Notes: generated from the sequence alone by a model not told the origin. A stretch of 64,000 bases of DNA from Bacilli bacterium (GCA_017435465.1 JAFSEX010000005.1:223982-287981); one strand, 5' to 3'; numbered from the stretch's first letter, positions 1 to 9,438 are shown. Numbers and translations are program-made.

Positions 1-198
1 TGATAATATAGAAAATGTAAAAAAATATGCTAAAAATATAATTTGTTTCTATTCGGATAATGATCCTTATGTTAAATATGAGGTTGAAAAAGACTTTGCT
101 GATAAGGTTGCAACAGAACAAATATTATTAAACGACGCAGGACATATAAATGCAGAAAGTGGTTATGACACTTTTGAAGATATAGTAAATTATTTATA
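1..198 (+). CDS. 3' fragment of a serine-hydrolase-like gene (YdeN/RBBP9-type alpha/beta hydrolase C-terminus); the 5' end lies outside the window
   Basis: Reading frame is open from the window edge to TAA at 196-198. C-terminal sequence ...DAGHINAESGYDTFEDIVNYL resembles the conserved His region at the end of Ser_hydrolase family proteins. Confidence 0.3.
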
Positions 199-220
199 AT
201 AGTGAGATTTTTTATTAACA

Positions 221-1081
221 ATGAAAGATATAAAAAGAAAAGAACATTTTGTTCCACAAGCACACTTAAAAAACTTTAGTTTTAAAAATAAAAATACCGA
301 CAAAGTTGTTGTAATAGATAAAAACAAAGATGAAACATATCCAAGTAGTATTGATGATGTAGCTTGCCAAAGAGACTTTTATGAGGTTTACGACAAAGAA
401 ACTAACTATTGGGAAAATTGGTATGCAGAAATTGATGGTAAAATAACATCTATTTATAATTCAATAATAATAAATGCAAGATATGCAAATAACAAACAAA
501 AAATTTTAAGCGATTATTTAAAACAGGAATTATCCTTAATTATAGTTTCCCAAATGTTAAGAACTAAGGTTGCAAAAAAATATTTTTTATCAATAGGTAA
601 TGATATTACTACTGAAATGATAACAAGTACCAAAAGAATTCTGAAAGATGTACTAACTAATGAACAAGTTAATTTATTAGATGAATATATGAATAAAGAG
701 GATTTTATATATTCAACAGCACTGGATTATATGAATTCTGATAAATTTATTAAAAAAGCAATTAATATATTGCAAAATAAAATATGGATTGTACATAAAA
801 ATGTAAATTATAAAAAAATTCCTTTTGTTACAAGTGATAATCCAGTAATATTATATAATCTATTTACACATAAGGTTGGATTCGGTAGTAATGGATTACT
901 TAAAGATGGGACTGTTATATACTTTCCAATTAATAAAGAACTATTAGTAGCAATATATCCAAGATATGAAAATTTAGAGAAGTATAATAATAAAATAGAT
1001 TTTCTAAATGATGATAAATTTGTAATGAGTTTTAATAAATCTAATTATATACAATGTGAAAGGCAAGTTTTTTATTCATAG
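221..1081 (+). CDS. DUF4238 family protein
   Basis: 286-aa ORF. The N-terminal HFVPQAHLKNFSF matches the H-x-x-P-Q-x-x-L-x-x-F signature that opens DUF4238 proteins as I remember it. The ATG follows a T-rich spacer. Confidence 0.5.
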   Translation: MKDIKRKEHFVPQAHLKNFSFKNKNTDKVVVIDKNKDETYPSSIDDVACQRDFYEVYDKETNYWENWYAEIDGKITSIYNSIIINARYANNKQKILSDYLKQELSLIIVSQMLRTKVAKKYFLSIGNDITTEMITSTKRILKDVLTNEQVNLLDEYMNKEDFIYSTALDYMNSDKFIKKAINILQNKIWIVHKNVNYKKIPFVTSDNPVILYNLFTHKVGFGSNGLLKDGTVIYFPINKELLVAIYPRYENLEKYNNKIDFLNDDKFVMSFNKSNYIQCERQVFYS

Positions 1082-1089
1082 ATAAATTA

Positions 1090-1143
1090 ATGACAAGATG
1101 ACAGAAGTTTGAGACACCCACACAATTATTGTCATCTTGTCAT
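1090..1143. promoter_or_regulatory. Perfect 14-bp inverted repeat ATGACAAGATGACA(N26)TGTCATCTTGTCAT between the DUF4238 gene and the next gene; candidate operator or atypical terminator
   Basis: Left arm 1090-1103 is the exact reverse complement of right arm 1130-1143. No T-run follows. An extended -10 promoter (TGTTATAAT near 1222-1230) lies downstream. Confidence 0.4.
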
Positions 1144-1246
1144 AAAAAGAATTTTAAATATAATTTTGTTTTTTTAAATTAATATTAATAATTGTAAAAA
1201 ATTAATAAAATTATGTTATAATACATAATACATTCAAAAGGAGGTT

Positions 1247-2875
1247 TTGTTAATGAATATTGGAGATTTAGTACCAAGAAAGGATTATGAATATTATATT
1301 GTTGAAAAACTTTTTGTTAACCCTAAAAAACAAGGAGATATGGATGACTTGGATGATTGGGATGACTATAGCGACTATAAAATAGGTGAAAAAATAATAG
1401 CAGAAAAAAAATATCTTACGCGAGACGTTGGTGGATATGCTGATTCATTTAAAGAATTTTTAAAAAAATATTGTAGAGTTGCAACACTAGAAGAAGAGAA
1501 TAAAATGTATGAAGAAGAGTTTTCTAATGCTCTAGTATTAGATATATATGGCGATAAGAGTTACAATGTTGGTTTTTACTATGTTCCTACGAAAGATGTA
1601 GGTCTTGATGAATATACTCATGAACAAGATTCGTGGGAGAGATGGAAAAAGAAAGAAAAAATATTCAAAAATTTAGGAATAGATTCTGCAACATTTTACG
1701 AAATAGATGATGAGGGAAAATTTATTTATGTTGAGGGACGCAAAGCTAATGATGAATTATTAAAATATTGCAGATTAGCAACGCCAGAAGAGGCAAAAAC
1801 ATTTAATGCAATTGTAGCAGAAAGAAAAAGAATACAACGCGAAAAATATTTAGCAGAAAAACAAGCAGAAGAACAAGAAAAAATAGATAGATATAACAAA
1901 AATAAGAGTGATTCTAATTATTATCCAGGTAGTTGTGGAAACTATAATCAAGTATTAGTAAATAGCGATGGTACACCAGAAAAATCAAAATTATACGATT
2001 TATATACAATAAAACAATTTTATAATGAATTGATAAAATCAGGAAAGTTTGATAAAGAAATTTTAGAAAAAATAATGCTTTATGGTGGTACAGTCCCATA
2101 TATTTTAAGTAATACACAAGAAGAAACAAGAAAATTTGGTGATATTGATATATTTATTCCAATACAAAACATGAAAGTATTTAGAAATGCATTATTGGAT
2201 AAACCATATTTTGAGATGAACTTTGATTCAATGGAATTAACAGAAAAAGCAGGACTTTTAGTTGCGGGTTCCAGATTTGAAAGACCTTGGTTTATGGGAG
2301 ACGATGATGACATAGAAGCATATCGTGAATATGAAAGAATGGTATCAAAATTACAAGATGAAGCCAGAAAAAAAATTGTTTTTCAAGATTATGGATTTAA
2401 AGGTTCTTTGTTTGGAATTAATATCTCTGTATTTCCTATATATCAATGGAACAAAGATAATAAATTAGATATATGTGCTAAAAGTTTTAGAATTGGAAAA
2501 GAAGATGGTGATAGTAAATTCCTTCTTAATACAGTAGTAACTCATAATACACCTATCACATCATTTTCTAAACTTGTTGAAATCTGTGGTGGACAAATTG
2601 GAGCTGCAAACATTGAATATACAATAGCTAGTAAGAAAAGTGCGATAAATCATGGATACATATTAAGACAAGAAAGTGATTTAGCAGATTTACAATTTAT
2701 TGAAGATCATAAATCAATATTAGGAATAAATGACGCTTTAGTAAAACATTATGAAGAAAATATACCAGATTATGGAATAGCTAAAGTATATAGAATAAAA
2801 AGAAATTATGAAGTTTGTGAATATACTCCTGAACAATATAAAAATATAGTAACAAGAAATCACAAACCTTCTTAA
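1247..2875 (+). CDS. Large hypothetical protein with an internal repeat and a possible nucleotidyltransferase-fold motif (GG..x17..GDIDIF)
   Basis: 542-aa ORF with a strong RBS (AAAGGAGG, 8 nt upstream). The motif LYGGTVPYILSNTQEETRKFGDIDIFIP resembles the G[GS]...D-x-D signature of Pol-beta-type NTases, but the spacing is long. Two repeats of YCR(V/L)AT(L/P)EE occur near the N-terminus. Confidence 0.4.
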   Translation: MLMNIGDLVPRKDYEYYIVEKLFVNPKKQGDMDDLDDWDDYSDYKIGEKIIAEKKYLTRDVGGYADSFKEFLKKYCRVATLEEENKMYEEEFSNALVLDIYGDKSYNVGFYYVPTKDVGLDEYTHEQDSWERWKKKEKIFKNLGIDSATFYEIDDEGKFIYVEGRKANDELLKYCRLATPEEAKTFNAIVAERKRIQREKYLAEKQAEEQEKIDRYNKNKSDSNYYPGSCGNYNQVLVNSDGTPEKSKLYDLYTIKQFYNELIKSGKFDKEILEKIMLYGGTVPYILSNTQEETRKFGDIDIFIPIQNMKVFRNALLDKPYFEMNFDSMELTEKAGLLVAGSRFERPWFMGDDDDIEAYREYERMVSKLQDEARKKIVFQDYGFKGSLFGINISVFPIYQWNKDNKLDICAKSFRIGKEDGDSKFLLNTVVTHNTPITSFSKLVEICGGQIGAANIEYTIASKKSAINHGYILRQESDLADLQFIEDHKSILGINDALVKHYEENIPDYGIAKVYRIKRNYEVCEYTPEQYKNIVTRNHKPS

Positions 2876-2884
2876 GAAACTTAA

Positions 2885-2920
2885 AAAAGGTAGTTGAAAA
2901 TCTTCAACTACCTTTTCAAC
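2885..2920 (+). terminator. Rho-independent terminator after the 1247-2875 gene
   Basis: AAAAGGTAGTTGAA / TTCAACTACCTTTT hairpin followed by a T-rich stretch. Confidence 0.6.
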
Positions 2921-3031
2921 TACCAATATTTTTAATTCATTCTAATTATTAAGTAAAATAAATATTTTTAAATGTAATAAAATAAAGGTAAAAGTATTTA
3001 TATAAACTTTGAAGTACGTGAATACTAACCG

Positions 3032-3176
3032 CCCCCTGAAGACTAGCCGAGAGGCTAGTCATTTTTGTTTATCCCAATAAAATCAAGGGTTTGCGAGGGC
3101 TGGGGTAGTAAAAAACACCTTTTCAGGTAACAAAAAGGTAACACTTTTTGCTACTTAAGTGTTACCTGAAAGCATA
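3032..3176 (+). repeat. Intergenic repeat copy A: unit X (CCCCCTGAAG, hairpin GACTAGCC-gaga-GGCTAGTC, ATTTTTGTTT...AAGGGTTTGCGAG) followed by unit Y (GGTAACAAAAAGGTAACAC...GTGTTACCTGAAAGCAT)
   Basis: The hairpin at 3041-3060 is followed by a T-run, so it is terminator-like. Both units recur at 4972-5172 with 70-80% identity; in copy B the hairpin stem sequence differs but base-pairing is preserved. Confidence 0.6.
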
Positions 3177-3291
3177 TTTTACAAAAAATAATCTTTGTAA
3201 ATGCTTATAAAATAAGACTTTTTGATAAAAATAAGTTAGTCCAAATGGTTTTGGTTGATTGTGTGATATAATTATAATGAGAGGTGTAATT

Positions 3292-4086
3292 ATGGCAACA
3301 AGTATTTTTGATATTGAGGTAAGATTAGACATAAATAAAGAATTTAATAAAATGGTTAAATATTTGCATCATACCAGTAATACAACATATACCAAAATAT
3401 ATGGCAGTACATTTATTGAGGCAATTAATTATTATGCGATTAAGGTTTGGCCATATAGAGGAACTGCGATAACTTGTGAAGAATATTTGGAGAATATTGG
3501 TATATCATCTTATTATTTTAAAGATGGAATGGGAATTGATAAAATTAAATTCTTATACTATTTAGAATTTATATATAATATATATAAGTTTGCTAGTTAT
3601 AGAGGATTAATTAAAATTGAAAGCGAAAGTGTAAAAGCTATAATCAAAAATCTTAATCTAATAGTAGAACAAATGAATTATGAATTTGTAAAAAAAGAAG
3701 ATAAATATTTATTAGTAAAAAGAAATGCTGATATTGATAGTATATTAACTCTAGTTGAAAAGGACATTGCAGAATTATTGTTAGAATATAATGATTTTAA
3801 AATAAAAGATAACTTGCAACGAAAAAGTGAGATACTTAAATCAATAGATAAATATATTGAAAAGAATCAGTCTGAATATTCTAAAATTGATAAAGATTCA
3901 TATAAATCATGGGGATATATAGTCAATAATTTTGGCGTGAATCATAAGACAAATGAAAAATATAAAGATGAAGACGAAAATAATTTAATAAAATGGTATG
4001 ATAAAGCTTTTATGTTAAGTATACATTTAATTAGATTAACTAAGATAAAAGAAATTAACAATGAAAGAAAAAGTTTAGAAAGTTAA
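3292..4086 (+). CDS. Hypothetical protein (first gene of the repeat-bracketed cassette)
   Basis: ORF 3259-4086. The internal ATG at 3292 (MATSIFDIEV...) has a GAGAGGTG RBS. I recognise no motifs. Confidence 0.55.
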   Translation: MATSIFDIEVRLDINKEFNKMVKYLHHTSNTTYTKIYGSTFIEAINYYAIKVWPYRGTAITCEEYLENIGISSYYFKDGMGIDKIKFLYYLEFIYNIYKFASYRGLIKIESESVKAIIKNLNLIVEQMNYEFVKKEDKYLLVKRNADIDSILTLVEKDIAELLLEYNDFKIKDNLQRKSEILKSIDKYIEKNQSEYSKIDKDSYKSWGYIVNNFGVNHKTNEKYKDEDENNLIKWYDKAFMLSIHLIRLTKIKEINNERKSLES

Positions 4087-4125
4087 ATTGTATGTTATAA
4101 TAGTTAATACCAAAGGGAGGTTTTT

Positions 4126-4950
4126 ATGACTATAGATAAGATAGATATTAACTTAACAGAAGATACATATGCTTATATATACAGAGATAGCGAAAAAGAA
4201 ATATCTGAAACATTTAAAGAAACTTTAAAGAAATATGTTGGGATAATAAATGATTTAGTAAATAAAGATTTAAAACAATTATCTGATGAAGAATTTTATA
4301 ACTTACTTTGTAATGTATATAGTATAACTTTAACTACTGGAGATTATTTAAAAATAATTTCAAAAAGAAATAATAAAAAATATAATAAATTTACTGAAAT
4401 TGATACATTTATGACTTTTGCAGATACTGCTACTGAGGGACGTGGTAAAGGTTTCAGTTGGTGGCAACAATTATATCAAGTTAGTTATATTGTTGCAGTT
4501 TCAGAAAATACAGAAATTAAGTATGGAAGTACTTTAAAAAAAGAAGATATTAAAAGAATGGTAGAAGATAAATCCATAGTTATAGTAAAATCTATAACAA
4601 AACCAATAGAACATAAATTAAATATAAATGAAGAAGTTGAAAACATACCAACAATGGAATTAAATTGTTCTCATTCTTGTGGTAATATATATGGTTCAAT
4701 ATGCAAAGATGATAATTTCCCAATTATCGTTTCAATGTTAAGAAGAAAATTTACTAAAAATAGAATACTTAAAGACATGAAAGCATATATTGAGGAATTA
4801 CAAGATGAAATGCAAATAGTATTATCACATTCACAACCAGATTATGCTTATAATGAAGTATCAAAATTATGTAATGAATGGTATGAAAATTCAGAAGAAA
4901 AAGAAACATTTAAAAGTTTGCAAAGAAAACTTAAAAGCACAGAAATTTAA
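4126..4950 (+). CDS. Hypothetical protein (second gene of the cassette)
   Basis: 274-aa ORF with RBS AAGGGAGG, starting 40 bp after the previous stop. I recognise no motifs. Confidence 0.6.
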   Translation: MTIDKIDINLTEDTYAYIYRDSEKEISETFKETLKKYVGIINDLVNKDLKQLSDEEFYNLLCNVYSITLTTGDYLKIISKRNNKKYNKFTEIDTFMTFADTATEGRGKGFSWWQQLYQVSYIVAVSENTEIKYGSTLKKEDIKRMVEDKSIVIVKSITKPIEHKLNINEEVENIPTMELNCSHSCGNIYGSICKDDNFPIIVSMLRRKFTKNRILKDMKAYIEELQDEMQIVLSHSQPDYAYNEVSKLCNEWYENSEEKETFKSLQRKLKSTEI

Positions 4951-4971
4951 TATAATTAAAAATTATTTTTG

Positions 4972-5210
4972 AGGTAACAAAAAGGTAACATTTTTTCAAA
5001 TTTAGGTGTACTGAAACAGCATGAAATTGAACTAAATTGGCCCAAAATGGACTTTTTTGAACCTGTTTGAACTATGAAAACAACGAATTTAAAATCCCCC
5101 TGAAGCTAGGTCGAGAGACCTAGCATTTTTGTTTTTCTAAGGAAAACAAAGGGTTTGCGAAGATTGAAGTAGCCCAAAGTGTATTTTTATCTACACTTTA
5201 TCTACACTTT
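4972..5210 (+). repeat. Intergenic repeat copy B: unit Y (4972-5022), then unit X with hairpin GCTAGGTC-gaga-GACCTAGC (5096-5172), then a duplicated ATCTACAC motif (5189-5207)
   Basis: Direct similarity to 3032-3176. The stem has compensatory changes on both arms. ATCTACACTTTATCTACAC recurs at 6738-6756. Confidence 0.6.
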
Positions 5211-5440
5211 TTTGACCTAAATTTTTAAGAACAAAATCTCGAAATTCCTTATAAAACCTAGAAAAGTTTAATATCGAAGTAATTAAAATTAAAAAATGAG
5301 TTTTACCAAGGTATTTAGGGGATTTTTTAAGTAATTAGAAAATTTGAGTTCCTTTATTTATCTAGGTTTAAGAATTAAAAAAATAAAATGTATGTTGCCC
5401 CTGGAAGTATCCTGAGGCAAAAAATGTGATATAATTATAT

Positions 5441-5956
5441 ATGGAAGTGATAATTATGCGATTGAGAAAACCTAAATTAGAAGATAAAGAAAAATTAAAA
5501 GATTATGTAGAAGAACATCATGTCAATGGTGAAATGAGTATTAGTGCTTCTAATGGGATGTCAACAATGAATTATGAAGAATGGCTAGAAAAACTAAAAA
5601 TAGATGAGTCTGGAGAAAATAAAGAATGGGGTATTTCAGAAACTTATATTTTAGAAGATAATGATAAAGTAATTGGAATGCTAAATATTAGATATACTTT
5701 ATCAGATGAAATGGCGGGAATTTATGGTCATATAGGTTATGGAGTAAGACCAACTGAAAGAAGAAAAGGATATGCAACTTATATGTTAAAAGAAGCGTTG
5801 ATAAAATGCAAAGAAAGGGGAATGGGTGAAGTAATATTAGGTTGTTATGAAGATAACTTTGGATCTAATAAAACAATTATAAATAACAATGGTGTTTTAT
5901 ATAAAAAATCTAAAATGAAAGATAAAGATTCTTTATATTATAAAATAAATTTGTAA
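5441..5956 (+). CDS. GNAT family N-acetyltransferase
   Basis: The stretch HIGYGVRPTERRKGYATYMLKEAL fits the acetyl-CoA binding motif A region (R/Q-x-x-G-x-G/A) of GNAT enzymes. Size is 171 aa. Confidence 0.6.
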   Translation: MEVIIMRLRKPKLEDKEKLKDYVEEHHVNGEMSISASNGMSTMNYEEWLEKLKIDESGENKEWGISETYILEDNDKVIGMLNIRYTLSDEMAGIYGHIGYGVRPTERRKGYATYMLKEALIKCKERGMGEVILGCYEDNFGSNKTIINNNGVLYKKSKMKDKDSLYYKINL

Positions 5957-5970
5957 AAGGAGTAGATAAT

Positions 5971-6726
5971 ATGAGAGTAAATTATTTTTGTAGTGGTTTT
6001 GATGTCAATAATGCTTTTTGGCCAGAGTTGGCAGAAAGGTTTAAAAATGAAATGACCGATACGAAAAGTATTGTTTATATTCCAGGTAGTCCACAAAAGA
6101 TAGAAAAAGCAAAAACAAAATATGTTCCTGCATTTACAGAGCATTTTAGAAAAGCAGGAATTCAATTTGAAAGTTCTTATTTGATTTCACCTGAAATGGA
6201 TTCTTAGGAAGCTAAAGATTTAATTAATAATGCAAGTTTTGTCATGTTAATGGGTGGGGATCCTTTTGCCCAAAAAGAAATGTGTGAAAAATTAGGAATA
6301 TTAGAAAATTTAAAAAAATATAATGGAGTAATGCTAGGATTTAGTGCAGGTGCTATGTTAATGTCTAAAAATATAATAATCACACCTTGTAGTGAAGAAT
6401 ATCCGGATTTTCATATTGAACCAGGAATGAATTTATCAGAAATATCAATTTATCCACACAATAATTTTGGTGGAAATGAATATCCTGAAAAAGTTTGCGC
6501 TGGAGATGAAACCTACGATAGAAATGATTTAATTAAAGTGGCGCAAGAATATGGTGAATTTTATTTATTACAAGATCATTTAAATGAAACTGGGTTAACA
6601 AATGTTAGCTTAATAAGAACCTGTGGTTTAGAAATTGAGTTTATCACTCAAAATGATGGCAAAATTTTTAAAGCAACAAGTAATGGTATTGAGCTACTTA
6701 CAGATAACAAAAAATATACAAGATAA
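5971..6726 (+). pseudogene. Peptidase E-like (S51 family) gene interrupted by a single in-frame amber codon (TAG 6205-6207)
   Basis: ORFs 5971-6207 and 6244-6726 are in the same frame (offset 273 = 91 codons). The joined protein carries S51-like motifs (LMGGDP, GFSAGAM). Confidence 0.5.
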
Positions 6727-6900
6727 AATAATAAATTATCTACACTTTTATCTACGAATTTTCTAAATTCTAGGGTGGTGTAGCAATTGTCTAAAATGGC
6801 AATATGCCGTATTTTAAGGGATTAAAAGGTATTGTAAGATAATCAAATTGCCCCTAAAATTTTTCCCCTTGAAGAGACCAAACAAACTAAATAATTTTCT
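6727..6900. repeat. Third locus of the intergenic repeat family (ATCTACACTTTTATCTACG; partial X-like CCCCTTGAAGAGACC)
   Basis: Shares the motif at 6738-6756 with 5189-5207 and an X-like segment near 6865-6880. Confidence 0.4.
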
Positions 6901-6955
6901 ATTATTAATATTTATGTTATAATCATGGTATATCCATAGAATAAAAGGTGATTAT

Positions 6956-7801
6956 ATGACAGGATTAGTATTAGAAGGTGGCGCAATGCGTGGAATGTAT
7001 ACCGCAGGAGTATTAGATGTTTTATTAGAAAACAGTATTAAAATAGACGGTATAATTGGAGTTTCAGCAGGTGCATTATTTGGTGTTAATTATTTTTCAA
7101 AACAAAAAGGAAGAGTAATAAGATACAGTAAAAGATTTTGCAAAGATATACGATATATGAGTAAATTATCATTTTTATTAACAGGTAATATTGTTAACAA
7201 AAACTTTGCCTTTTATAAAGTTACCAAAAAATTAGATAAATTTGATAATGATACATTTATCAAAAATAACAAAAATTATTATGCCACTGTAACAAATGTA
7301 GAAACTGGAAATCCAGAATATATAAAAATTGATAATCCAATTAAACAACTAGAAGTTTTAAGAGCAACATCTGCTATCCCTCTTGCATCTAAAATTATAA
7401 AAATAGATGATAAAAAATATTTAGACGGTGGAATATCAGATAGTATTCCAATTCATAAATGTAAAGATTTGGGATATGAAAAAATAATTTTAATTTTAAC
7501 TCAACCACTAAATTATAGAAAAAATTCATTAGATAAAAATAAAGAAAAATTAATTGAAAAAAAATTTAAAAAATATCCTAAACTTATAAACACAATGAAA
7601 AATAGACATAATAATTATAATAGTACAATAGAAAAAATAATTGATATGGAAAATGAAAAAGAAATATTTGTAATAAGACCCTCAAAAAAAATAGATATTA
7701 ATCTTATTGAAAGAGATAGTAATAAATTACAAGAAGTATATGATTTAGGTGTTAGTGATTGTAAAAAAAATTTAAAGAAATTAAAAGAATACTTAAGATA
7801 A
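6956..7801 (+). CDS. Patatin-like phospholipase
   Basis: Gly-rich oxyanion motif GGAMRGMYTAGVLDVL, GxSxG nucleophile motif GVSAGALFG, and a DGG catalytic Asp region. Confidence 0.75.
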   Translation: MTGLVLEGGAMRGMYTAGVLDVLLENSIKIDGIIGVSAGALFGVNYFSKQKGRVIRYSKRFCKDIRYMSKLSFLLTGNIVNKNFAFYKVTKKLDKFDNDTFIKNNKNYYATVTNVETGNPEYIKIDNPIKQLEVLRATSAIPLASKIIKIDDKKYLDGGISDSIPIHKCKDLGYEKIILILTQPLNYRKNSLDKNKEKLIEKKFKKYPKLINTMKNRHNNYNSTIEKIIDMENEKEIFVIRPSKKIDINLIERDSNKLQEVYDLGVSDCKKNLKKLKEYLR

Positions 7802-7816
7802 GGATAGTGAAAATAT

Positions 7817-8710
7817 ATGGAAAAATCAAAAGTTTATTTTACAAAAAATATTAATTCAAATAGTCTTGTAGAAATTTATAATACATTAAATAAAGATTTA
7901 AATGGTAAAGTTGCTATTAAGATATCAACTGGAGAAAAAGGTAATAATAATTATTTGAATCCATTGCTTATAAAAGACTTAGTTCAAAGTTTAAATGGAA
8001 CTATAGTAGAATGTAATACAGCATATGCTGGCAAAAGAAATACTACTAAAGAACATTTAGAAACTGCTAAAGAACATGGATTTTTTGATATTGCGAATGT
8101 AGATATTATGGATTCTGAAGGTGATATTGAATTACCAATAAAAGGTGGAAAACATTTAAAAGTAAATTATGTTGGTAAAAATATTAAAAATTATGATTCA
8201 ATTTTAATATTATCACATTTTAAAGGACATCCTATGGGAGGCTTTGGAGGAGCACTAAAAAATATGTCAATAGGGATTGCTTCTTCAAAAGGAAAATGTT
8301 GGATACATAGTGCGGGTAAAGTAGATAATCCTAAGACAATATGGAAAAATACGGCACCACAAGATGTATTTTTAGAATGTATGGGAGAAGCTGACAAATC
8401 AGTTATAGATTATTTTAAAGATAATATTGCCTATATAAATGTTATAAACAATCTTTCAGTAGATTGTGATTGTGTAGCAACACCAGAAAAACCATGTATG
8501 CATGATATAGGAATTGCTGCATCATTAGATCCAGTTGCGTTAGATAAAGCATGTCTAGATTTAATATATAATTCTACTGATGAAGGTAGAGAACATTTTA
8601 TTAAACGTGTTGAAACTAAAAATGGTAAACATATAATTGATTATGCGGTTACACTTAAAATAGGTAATGATAATTATGAATTAATAAATATTGATAAATA
8701 TCAAGATTAA
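7817..8710 (+). CDS. DUF362-like domain protein (Fe-S associated, unknown function)
   Basis: SHFKGHPMGGFGGALKN and DCDC motifs resemble DUF362 proteins, which frequently neighbour ferredoxins. Confidence 0.45.
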   Translation: MEKSKVYFTKNINSNSLVEIYNTLNKDLNGKVAIKISTGEKGNNNYLNPLLIKDLVQSLNGTIVECNTAYAGKRNTTKEHLETAKEHGFFDIANVDIMDSEGDIELPIKGGKHLKVNYVGKNIKNYDSILILSHFKGHPMGGFGGALKNMSIGIASSKGKCWIHSAGKVDNPKTIWKNTAPQDVFLECMGEADKSVIDYFKDNIAYINVINNLSVDCDCVATPEKPCMHDIGIAASLDPVALDKACLDLIYNSTDEGREHFIKRVETKNGKHIIDYAVTLKIGNDNYELINIDKYQD

Positions 8711-8751
8711 AATTTTTATTAATGATAATACTAAAAATGTGGTGATAAAAT

Positions 8752-9246
8752 ATGACAAAAAATAAAGCATCAATTTTTAGTATTATTTTTATATCTTTTT
8801 TAATAATTAATTATATATATTTTATAATTCCTAAAGAACAAACAAATACAGTTTTTTATGAATTAACAGAAACTGTGGATAATGAAAATGATTATAATTA
8901 TTACTATATAGAATTTAAAGATGGAATAAATATTAAAAATTTTAATAAAATAAATGAAATGTTTAATAATTTAGATTTTGAAATTATAGAAATATACACA
9001 ACTCCAAATATTAAGTTTAATGAAAACCTGCAAAATAAATTAAAAAAATATAGTTATGACAACATAATTAACTATATAGATTATTATATTAAAAATTTAA
9101 AAAAGTATAATTTAGATGAAGAAATTAACAATGTAAATATATTTGGTATAAAAATAGATAAAATATTAATTTATACATCAAAAGGAAATATAGAAATAAT
9201 TGCAGATAAAAATAAAGATATTACTTACAAACAAAAAGAAGGCTAA
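8752..9246 (+). CDS. Hypothetical membrane-anchored protein
   Basis: 164-aa ORF with an N-terminal hydrophobic segment (FSIIFISFLIINYIYFII). Confidence 0.45.
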   Translation: MTKNKASIFSIIFISFLIINYIYFIIPKEQTNTVFYELTETVDNENDYNYYYIEFKDGINIKNFNKINEMFNNLDFEIIEIYTTPNIKFNENLQNKLKKYSYDNIINYIDYYIKNLKKYNLDEEINNVNIFGIKIDKILIYTSKGNIEIIADKNKDITYKQKEG

Positions 9247-9249
9247 TAA

Positions 9250-9438
9250 TTAGTCTTCCATTGAAATTGCGCCTGTTGGACATCCATCAATCGCATCATT
9301 TACATCATCTATATATTTTTCAATATCCGCATTTTCACGTATAAATGCTAAACCATCATCATCAATATCAAACACATCACTAACTAATGCTTGACATGCT
9401 CCACAACCGATACATGCATCTTTACTTACTTTTAACAT
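9250..9438 (-). CDS. fer: Small single-cluster [4Fe-4S] ferredoxin
   Basis: 62 aa with CIGCGAC...CP, the Cys pattern (C-x2-C-x2-C...C-P) of clostridial/Bacillus-type ferredoxins. Convergent with the 8752 gene. Confidence 0.75.
   Translation of the reverse strand: MLKVSKDACIGCGACQALVSDVFDIDDDGLAFIRENADIEKYIDDVNDAIDGCPTGAISMED

Noticed and set aside
72-263. Minus-strand 63-aa ORF at the window start
   Set aside because: It overlaps the well-formed C-terminus of the plus-strand hydrolase fragment and the DUF4238 start. Hydrophobic low-complexity is typical of an antisense frame.
1914-2313. Minus-strand ORFs 1914-2129 and 2080-2313 (and similar ones at 10495-10818, 13281-13523, 14606-14791, 20578-20871, 30412-30819, 40677-40898, 41688-41948, 45594-45950, 50899-51237, 55269-55604, 58389-58818, 59143-59439)
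   Set aside because: These are shadow ORFs lying entirely inside longer, well-supported plus-strand genes with recognisable motifs. Their composition is low-complexity typical of antisense frames in AT-rich DNA.
3030-6900. Interpreting the repeat-separated same-strand genes as an integron cassette array with attC sites
   Set aside because: There is no intI-like integrase, no recognisable R-box core (GTTRRRY) and no attI in the window. The hairpin followed by a T-run is equally explained by paralogous terminators within a MITE-like repeat. Kept only as a hypothesis in the findings.
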